Source: Amoebidium appalachense (Eukaryota > Protista > Ichthyosporea). Taken from it: 64,000 bases of DNA. The notes below the pieces were generated by a model. The model was given only the letters and a program-made list of their open reading frames with translations. It made no database searches and was not told the DNA's origin. A program made the position numbers and the translations under genes. The stretch covers positions 7,397,921 to 7,461,920 of the forward strand of contig CAVNZM010000011.1 in the NCBI GenBank assembly GCA_963693365.1, written 5' to 3'. Below are positions 54,861-64,000 of the stretch, in pieces (position 1 is the first letter of the stretch; each line of letters begins with the position of its first letter).

Positions 54861-56213
54861 ATGGGTGTGCAGGGCTTGCTCCCAGCACTCGGCATTAGTG
54901 CCGAAAAAGCCACAGATGTTACTGCAGAGTTGCAACGTGGGGTAGTTGCTTTTGACGGGATGGTGCAGGTCCACAAGTCCTTTTCAGTTTTCGCTGACAC
55001 AGTAGCCAAACAGCAAATAGATGACAAAAAAGTCACAGACGACACATATGCAGCTATTGCAAATCACTTTATGTCCAAAGTTAATACGTATAGGCTAGCA
55101 GGGGTCCAGCCACACTATGTGTTTGATGGGCGCAGATTGAAAGAGGGAAAACTAGTTGATAACGACCGTGCAGAAAAGGTGGTCAAAGCCCGCCAAGAAA
55201 TAGCCACAAAAAGAGAGAAACAGGAGGAAGTAACTAAAAACAAATGGAGAAGCGCTGCAGAGTTAGATAACAGAGTTTTACATGCAATCATCCTTAGACT
55301 GAAAGATGAGAATGTCGATTACACAGTAGCTCCATACGAAGCAGACCCCCAGCTTGCCTATGATGGCACGTACCGGTTTGGCACACACTGTTGTCACTGA
55401 GGATGCCGACCTTCTTCTGTATAACATCCCGCGGGTTGTATACAAACTGCGCATTGCGGATGCGGCGGTCATCCCTGGGATCGCTAATGCGGTGCGCATT
55501 CCCAAGCTGTACGGAGTGATTGTAACCCCCGCCGATGTTTTTACCAGAAGCACAAAGTACAACTTCGACGGATGGGATATAGAAATACTGCGTTATTTTG
55601 CTATTGTGAATGGCTGTGATTATGTGAAAAAGCTCAGGGGAATTGGCATGGGCACTTTGCACGCAGCTGTAAGTGAGGCGTGCCGGGCCTGGGGACGCGA
55701 GGGAAGGCCGGTAGCTGCGGGGGTTGTGTTCACAGATCTGCTCCAGCATATCCAACGGGTCAGAAAGGGGAAAAGAGGGAAGGAAAAGCCCGTTAAAAGC
55801 ACAGAAAACAAGCAGGGTGGGGACGAACGGGCAGGAAGAGTCGAAATCGGACGGAAAGGAGGTGAAGCAGTGGAGGAAGAGGTTGAGTGGTGGGATCTTG
55901 AATACGAACATGGAACGTATGAAAACGGGGCTGAGGTGATGAGGTTATAGAGATGCAATGATGAGGGTGAAGAGGTTATAGAGATGCAATATGCAGATGG
56001 TACGAAAAAGAGGCGGATAGTAGGACCAAGTGTAGAAGAATTGGCCCAATCATGTAGTACAAGCCTGACCTTGTAGGGCTCCGTGCATTTGTACAGCAAA
56101 TAGACCCTACTGGACACAAGTATAGTTTTACCTGGAATGAAAAGTTTATGGTGCAAATGTATCCATCATACAGGGCAGAAAACCACAAAAAGTGGAAGAA
56201 GAAGAAGAAGTGA
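54861..56213 (+). pseudogene. Intronless EXO1/XPG/FEN1-family 5' nuclease, frameshifted
   Basis: MGVQGLLP, VAFDG, YVFDG, APYEADPQLA, VTEDADLL and NGCDYVKKLRGIG. +1 frameshift at ~55361, stop at 55948, degenerate tail to ~56213. Confidence 0.88.
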
Positions 56214-56255
56214 ACACGAACACTGAAAATGCAACTGAATGATTCTGTTTTCCTT

Positions 56256-56286
<31 letters not shown>

Positions 56287-56314
56287 GTTTACGTTATCTT
56301 TCATAATGTGTACT

Positions 56315-56372
<58 letters not shown>

Positions 56373-56537
56373 GTGATCTTCTGACCGATCTAGTGAACCT
56401 ATAATGAATGAATGAAGACCGTGTGTCAAATCTGAGAGCAATGTACCAGACCCTGGTGCCTGCATATGTTTCCTACCCCCCCCCCCCCCCCTCCCCCCGG
56501 TCCCTCCTCCCCCCTTGGTGTTTGCATACGTGCCTAC

Positions 56538-56584
<47 letters not shown>

Positions 56585-56631
56585 GTGTGTGTGGGGGGGG
56601 GGGGGGGCGTGCATGCGTGCGTGTGTGCAAA

Positions 56632-56690
<59 letters not shown>

Positions 56691-56885
56691 TTCCGTGTGT
56701 GCGTGGTTGTGTGTGTGTGTGAAGGGGGGAGGGGGGGGGGGGGGGGGGGGGGGGGGGAGAACGACTCAAGGTTGTACTTGGCACACAAATACATAATAAT
56801 TTCAATTATTATTATTATTTTCCTATACAGGAAAAGTGGAGCCCTACTGGCCGAATACATACATGCAAGCATTCATTCATATTTT

Positions 56886-56950
<65 letters not shown>

Positions 56951-57030
56951 AAGACAAAAAAAAAAAAAAAAATAAAAAAATAAAAAGCAGAGAAGGGGGC
57001 TTTAGGGAGAGGCAATCGAAAACGAAAATT

Positions 57031-57866
57031 CTACACCATGCTTTTGGTGTGCCCGGGCCCCACCATATCCTTATATAGTGGCTCTTGCATGTTACACAAG
57101 AAAGCCACAGCCTTAGCTACCATCCAATGGGTGCCTACCATCGACATCTGCACCTGATTGCTAAACAGCCGATAATTTTTCATGCGCCCAAAAGCCCTCT
57201 CACTGCTCGTCTCCCCCCGCTCCCTCGCTCGTTTCCGTGTTTGCTCATTATCTGAGGCATCCATTCCTACAGCTTGCATATGACTATTGGCCCTTTCCTC
57301 CCTCAATAGCTGTACCTTCTCTCTGTACATCGGGTCTAGTTCCATTCGGATGGGACATGCATCCTTGTTAATTTCAGTTTTCCATTCTTAGCAGTAATAT
57401 CATCATCGGTGAAATGTGCCTCGCATACAACCAGTTGCTTAAGGATAGCCAGTGGCCAGGGGACTTCCACCTTCGGTTGCCCCCGTTTCCTCTTTGGTTG
57501 TGGTTCTTGTGCCGACTACTCAGCTGGCACAGCCGAGTCATTGGCATTTTCGGATTGTGTGTCAGCTGTGTGTGTCTCAGTAGTGGTTGTGTCTGTATTT
57601 ACGTCTGTCCCATCCGAGGCCTTTGGCCTTGTGTCTGTGTGTGTGTCTGGGTCGGGGGGTGCTTGCTTTGTGTGTTCTGCTATTTGTTTCCGCTCATACT
57701 TTGTTTGCTCCTGCCTGTCTATAGCATTTAACCAAGCATGCCTCCTAGCCAATACATTTGGTTTGCATCCATATGGAACAGTAAAATGCTTTATCTTCCT
57801 GGTAGGATCTTTGGGAGAGACTGTTTCTTCGTCATTTTTGCAGTAGTTAGCCGCGCAAGTTGGCAT
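57031..57866 (-). pseudogene. THAP domain + C-terminus of a DDE_Tnp_4 (PIF/Harbinger/ISL2EU-like) transposase; core deleted
   Basis: MPTCAANYC..HFTVP..RRHAWLNAIDR...VVCEAHF..KDACP gives a C2CH THAP (stop at 57516, frameshift ~57365). It is followed by ERAFGRMKNYRLFS..AVAFLCNMQEPL. Confidence 0.75.
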
Positions 57867-58528
57867 TGTGAGTGCCTAACATATATAGTTAGAAAACAAC
57901 CCGCCTTCATGAAAAATGTGCAGCGCAGTTTTGTCCGGACACGTGTGTGGCATGCCGTGTGTACATGGTATAGCTCGGCCACACGATCTTAGGTGCCCAA
58001 TATGCAGATCAAGCCCACTCAATCCAGATAGATATCGATCTGAGCGGCGCCAGAAAGTATTCGAGCCGCGCGATCCCGTATCCCTTAATACATGAACCCC
58101 ACGACCAAGCGTACAAACCTACTTTTGGTGGCCCACACTCAAGGCGAGTGGGGGCCCGCATGTGAAAGCGGATGATTGGATTGGCTCGCGTCGCACCATC
58201 ATTCAGTCGAGGATCGATCTGGCGCACCCAAATTTTTCAAAATGGCCGCGGCCGCGGCGGCAGCGCCGCCAGGATCGTATCACCAAGTATACGTAGTTCT
58301 AGTTTGTTTGTGTGTGTGAGTCACATTTCCGGGAGCATGTTGGTGAGTGTGCTAGTGTGTGTTTTTCACTTGTGTCACGGTGTGTGTGTGTGTGTCACGG
58401 TGTGTGTATTCAAGCTGTGTGGTGTGTGCAAAGGTGTGTGTACATGTGTGTGACTGTGCCGTGTGTACGTGTGTGTGTGTGTGTGTGTGTACGTGTGTGC
58501 ACAGTGTGTGTGTGTGTGTGTGTGTGTG

Positions 58529-58561
<33 letters not shown>

Positions 58562-58570
58562 CAGGTGTCT

Positions 58571-58602
<32 letters not shown>

Positions 58603-58841
58603 AGTCATGTGTGTTAGTGTGTAAGTGTATGGTGTGTTTGTGTGTGTGCATGTGCGTACTTGTATTTGTGTGTGTACGGTGTGTGTGCTGGTGTGTGTGT
58701 GTGTGTACGATGTACATGTGTGTGCGTGTGTGTGTCTCACGGCCCCACGCGCGCATCGTGTTTGTGTGCGCGCACGTGTTGGAGCGCGTTTGTGTGAGGG
58801 TGTGACTGTAAACATATTGTGTGTGTGTGTGTGTGCATGCA

Positions 58842-58895
<54 letters not shown>

Positions 58896-59124
58896 TCAGT
58901 GTGTGACTGTGTACGGTGTGTTTGTGTGTGTACGCGTGCACTTGTGTTTGTGTGTGTGTACGGAGTGTGTAAACATGTGTGTGTGTGTGTTCACGCGCAC
59001 ATCGTGTTTTTTGTGTGCGCAAGAGTACATGTTTGTCGGAGCGCGCATGTGTGAGAGTGTGTAAACATTGAGTGTGTGTGCACGTGTGTGTGTGTGTGTG
59101 TGTGTGTGTCTGTGTCATGGCAAT

Positions 59125-59236
<112 letters not shown>

Positions 59237-59535
59237 CGCCCACTTGTGTGTGTGGGCACAAGAATGTGTGTCGGAGGGTGTGTGTGTGTTATGTGTGTGT
59301 GTGTGTGTGTGGGTGGGTGGGTGGGTGGGTGTGACGGTGTGTGGGTGTGGGTGTGGGGTGTGTGTGTGTGTGTGTGTGCATGCGCGCGCGCACACATGTA
59401 TGTGTGTGTGTGTGTGTATGTCTGTGTGTGTGAGTGTGACCAGGTTCGAACAGATGGTGTGTGAGGGGGTGGGGGTAACCCGAAGGCCTAGGTTGGGGGG
59501 GGGGGGGGGGGGGGGGGGGGGGATGTTTATGAAGG

Positions 59536-59566
<31 letters not shown>

Positions 59567-59921
59567 AGGTCATGCAAACGGGACACAAGTTGCAGGCAAT
59601 GCCTTTTCAATGATGGTGTGGTGCATGTATTACATGTTAACTCAACTCGGCAGTACTTTTCATGTAAATTTCAAGACTGTGCGTCTAATTGTTAATGACA
59701 TTGTACTGAAATATCGAAGAGATATGTTACATGATACGTGTAAACAAAGACATTAACAGACATTGTACAGAAATATCGCCATGGAGATATGTTACATGAT
59801 ACGCGGAAAGAAAATCACAAGAATCCGACACTACTAGTTGTTTGTTTCCTCTGTACACATTGGCCGCGATATACACCCAACCCCCACCAAAACGACAAAA
59901 AGCAAAAAGAGAAGAAAAATA

Positions 59922-59962
<41 letters not shown>

Positions 59963-60285
59963 AGAAAAAAAAGAAGAAGAAGAAACGGCTGTGTTCGAAC
60001 TTGGGCATGTACGACTATACCGTATGATAGTGTCTGTACATCTAGTAGGCTCTGCATGCACGGTCACTATCTTAATTATACTGACCCCCCCCCCCCCCCC
60101 CTATTCACACACCTCCCCAGGCCCCATGGTTAAAGAAGCAAAAAAATTAATGGCAAAATTCTTGAACAACTCGTAGGACAAAAAAGGATCATATAAAAAG
60201 TTTGATGTGGAAACAACTTCACGTGCATTGTACAGGGTCAAGTACAGATAAACCTAGTTTAGGCGGTACATGTATGTGTGCACGG

Positions 60286-60369
<84 letters not shown>

Positions 60370-60465
60370 CGAGTGTGTGTGCGAGTGTGTGTGCGAGTGT
60401 GTGTGTGTGTGCGCGTGTGTGTGTGTGTGTGTGTGCGTGTGTGTATGTACATGTGTATGAGAGAG

Positions 60466-60560
<95 letters not shown>

Positions 60561-60658
60561 CACCGTATGGTGTGTGTGTGTGTGTGTGTTCATGCCCGCA
60601 CCTGTGGTTGTGCGCGCAATCGTGTGTCGGAGGGTGTGCGTATGTGAGTGTGAAAACA

Positions 60659-60741
<83 letters not shown>

Positions 60742-61940
60742 AGTGTGTGTGCGCGTGCGTGTGTGCGTGCGTGTGCACGTGTGTGCGTGTGCGTGTGCGC
60801 GTGCACGTGCGTGCACCGTGCACGCGCACACGCACACGCACACATGCACACGCACGCACAGTGTACGTAGATATAAACCCGGAACAAATTATCAAATAGA
60901 GTAAAAACCCGTGAGCAAACAAAACAGCACTACTGACCCCGTACGTTTGTGGAATACAACAGCCACAGTGCGTGCATGCCAAGCCTTTTATGCAGGCTGT
61001 TTACAAAATCCTAAAAAGGTTGCAAGTAAAAGTGTTGCACGACCAATGGCCTGTGCCTTCACTAAGAACAAGTGTTCTCCGTGGCCTGGCAGCTCGCCAC
61101 TGCTGCTGCTACCGTAAAGGCACCTAGGCCTAAGTAGATGCAGTTATATATACCTTACAAATGTGGTTCCTGCACATTCAGGCTGTTTTCCTCACGTGTT
61201 CGTTTGTATATTACAAACAATAATAGCCTATGTGTAGCTTGGATCTGGACGTTGAACACTTTACATGACTTTCTGCAGCTTTGAGTGGTCAGGTTCTTTA
61301 CTGGTAGCCGTTTATGGCTATAAACAAAAGTGTGCAAAACGTTATACATAGCGTGCATGGCGTTGCAGTGTATGCAACGCTCACGTTCTGAATCTAAACA
61401 CAGACGTGACATGAAAGAGTCTATTTTGATCATTATTAAAGAGCGTCCCTTTTTTGCTAGCAAAGCAGAACAACAAGAAAAACAGCTGCGCCGCTGAAAA
61501 CCGAGCCAAAGCTGCATTATCATGTATATTCATCACTGTACATACAAAATTTACCCCCTTCTTTCTCCCACGAGCAGAAAAACCTCTTGAGCGAACCCCC
61601 TTTTTTCAGGGGTGTGGGCCCCCGCCGGTGGGGGCCCGCACTAATTACCGGCGAAAATCGATCTGATCGTGGGGGCCCCCACCGGTGGGGGCCCAAACAC
61701 AGTGGGGATATATGCAATTGAGACCAGGTATCGATCCAGCAGCTTGGTGACTCTCAGGCCTAGGCCAAGCCACCACGTATGTACCTGGAATTTTGTCTAC
61801 GGCGTCGGCGACGGGTTTGGAGGTTTTTCCCGGCCTTCATATAGCGTAAACCCATCCATGAGACAGTCCTAAACCAGTGCCAACCCATCGACGAGGTCTT
61901 CGGTGGGGTTACGAGGGGGGGGGGGGGGGAGATTGCTGAT

Positions 61941-63298
61941 GTTCAGGGTCCATGCCAATGCGGTACTGGGCGACGGTGGTGAGCACGGAGGGGTCTATGT
62001 TCTGAATCATATGGAGCAGAAGGCAGTTGCGGGCCTCCTTGATCATGAGTTCCGCGGCAGTACCGTAGCCGTAGAAGGGGAGTTCACCGTCAACCACGAC
62101 GGTGGTAGGGGGGACGTAATTGTCAGCAAGAACAACGTCCACAAGTCGGACACCTTTCAAATTGGTGCCGGTCATCATTCCGAGAAAGATGATTTCCCAT
62201 TGAAAATAGGTGGTTTTACTATCGGGATCAGTCTTCCATTCACCTTTCCACATGGTTATTTTGTTCACACCAGTTTTGTTTGGATCCATGATTGAAAACG
62301 ATCGCTAGGTCTAGATGTGTGTGGGGAGCGTGCAAAAGGGCTGCATAACCTGTAAAATTGCATAAGTATTTGGGACAGAAGCAGAGACACAGTGGTGCAG
62401 TCTGAAAACACCACAAACACACAACAACAAAACACGGAACAATCGGAGCAGTGTACACAACAGACATCAATGTTTAGACACGACTGAACTGAATTTATTT
62501 CGATCTCGTATATATACTCGAAATTCCCTTATGTCAAATCAATACATGATTTCCGACCAGTCGGAAATCAGATCTATGTCTAAAGTAACCAATCACAATG
62601 AACTGATTAACTCCAGGATAGATCCGGCGATACAGGAACGCACACCATAGGTCACAGCTACTAGAAAGTATTGAGGTGAAAAGTAACGAGGAAAGAGGTG
62701 ATGTTTCTAACCTCAGGCTATCACCAGCTACAAAGACTCGGACACATTCTGACTAGGTCTACTGATTGGTCACAGTACGGCAACACACAAAACTGAAGTG
62801 GTTGACTAAGCTATGAATCGCACATGACAAGCTACTAGTGTAGCCTAAGTGTTTTCCTACCAATCAAAACATAACGAGTAATACAAATCTACTCAACGTA
62901 TATTAGGGAAAAAGAAACATGATCATGTGAAAGAAAACAAGGGAGAAAAGAAAGAGAAAAGAAAGAAGAAGAAGGAGGAAAGAGAGAAGAAGACAGGACT
63001 GGCAGAAAACACGAACACGAAAACACAGTTACAACAGAAGATATTTACGTACACATAAACATGTACACGTTTCTCCCTGAGTGGGTGGAATCGTGTACAC
63101 ACATATCAACTGTTACACTAACCAGTGATAAAGTACACGATTAGAGCCGATCTATGACGATTACATGTGTACAGCCACATTAGAGATCGATGAGACATTT
63201 TTCGTAATAGGAGTGTGACATATATACTAAGCACATGAACTGAAACATAACTCAAACTGAAAAGATCTTACCAATTGTAGATACTACGCACTACAACA
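61941..63298 (-). mobile_element. Truncated copia copy 2 (LTR 62351-63298, PBS, first ~117 gag codons)
   Basis: Colinear with ~3373-4706. gag begins MDPNKTGVNKITMWKGE, has two 2-codon insertions and is truncated after GMDPE. Confidence 0.92.
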
Positions 63299-63956
63299 CA
63301 CCCAGCAGGTAGCCGTAGGCCTCGTGTGGGTCAACACCTTGCTTCAGCCCGTACGTGGTGTGCCAGCGCTCGATCTCCTTGTTCAGCGCACGGCCGGCCT
63401 CGAGTTGGAACTCGGTGGACGAATTCATGTCGTGGGGGCGGAGGTGCACGTTTTCGCAGCGCAGCAGTGCTTCGGCGAACGACATGTTTTGGTCCGCCAT
63501 AACCTCGTTAAGCGCACGCTCGTAGATCTGGTGTTGCAGCGCCGTCAGCGTGGACACCCAGTCGTTGTCCGTCAGCAGGTGGGAGTCGGGGATAGCCCGG
63601 GCGAGCATCTTCACCCACCGCTTGAAGGCTTCAAAGTCAATGCGATCAGCGGTCAGTACCGGCCGATAGCGAGCCACATGGTCACTCAGCGACCGTTTGA
63701 CCTCAAAATTGGCCGCATCCTCCAGCGCAATGTGGGGAAACGCGTTACGAATGGCAGGGCGGGGAGCTCGAGCACCACCGGCGGGTGCAAGCGGGCCCAT
63801 GTGCGCGGGCAGAGGCTGCTGGCCAGCAGGGGGTGCAAGGCCGAGAGGGGGAGCCAGGCCGGGAGCCGGCGCAAGGTTGGGGGGCCCCGGGGGCTGGACA
63901 TTCATAGGCGCCTGCGTGGGGGGGAGCATCATGCGGTGTAAGGCTCTGGCTTGCAT
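63299..63956 (-). CDS. GC-rich intronless ORF (possibly gag-like), cut by the copia LTR
   Basis: Pro/Ala-rich N-terminus followed by a helical region (DFEAFKRWVKML). The stop codon is supplied by LTR sequence, and the frame stays open upstream to the window edge. Confidence 0.4.
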
Positions 63957-64000
63957 ACGGTTATCTATAGTGGCAAAACATGTGGTGGCGTCTATCCAGT

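Larger units (their letters stand above)
54664..58084. mobile_element. TIR DNA transposon flanked by TTAA, carrying an EXO1-like nuclease and a THAP-DDE transposase remnant
   Basis: Perfect 14-bp TIRs GGGATACGGGATCG (54664-54677) and CGATCCCGTATCCC (58071-58084). TTAA on both sides (54660-54663, 58085-58088). Two convergent ORFs start about 200 bp inside each end. Confidence 0.85.

Noticed and set aside
54861-55950. Host EXO1 gene
   Set aside because: Intronless in an intron-rich genome, frameshifted and enclosed by TIRs.
61698-61704. RSS/Transib heptamer CACAGTG
   Set aside because: No nonamer, matching TIR partner or RAG-like ORF was identified.

Overview
Eukaryotic nuclear DNA with spliceosomal GT-AG/GC-AG introns, crowded with (CA/TG)n microsatellites and long G/C homopolymers; the organism cannot be identified from the window. 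Most ORF-track entries are translations of these repeats. Two spliced genes look intact: BTF3/NAC-beta, whose GC-AG first intron holds duplicated H/ACA-like snoRNAs, and a ~1010-aa ankyrin / EXD1-like 3'-5' exonuclease / ycf45-SpoIIIAA-type ATPase fusion. Damaged genes include a ZIP metal transporter with an in-frame TGA and an intronic tRNA-Asn, a YtcJ-like amidohydrolase-3 in two pieces on opposite strands, and an LRR gene. Two related Ty1/copia copies sit at the window ends, each nested in another element. The most unusual object is a 3.4-kb TTAA-flanked, TIR-bounded DNA transposon (54664-58084) pairing a THAP + PIF/Harbinger/ISL2EU-type transposase remnant with an intronless EXO1/XPG-family nuclease. 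Beside it lies a possible Crypton-like remnant with a 154-nt hairpin containing regular GA/GA mismatches. Exon coordinates were read by eye from splice sites; no database search was run.
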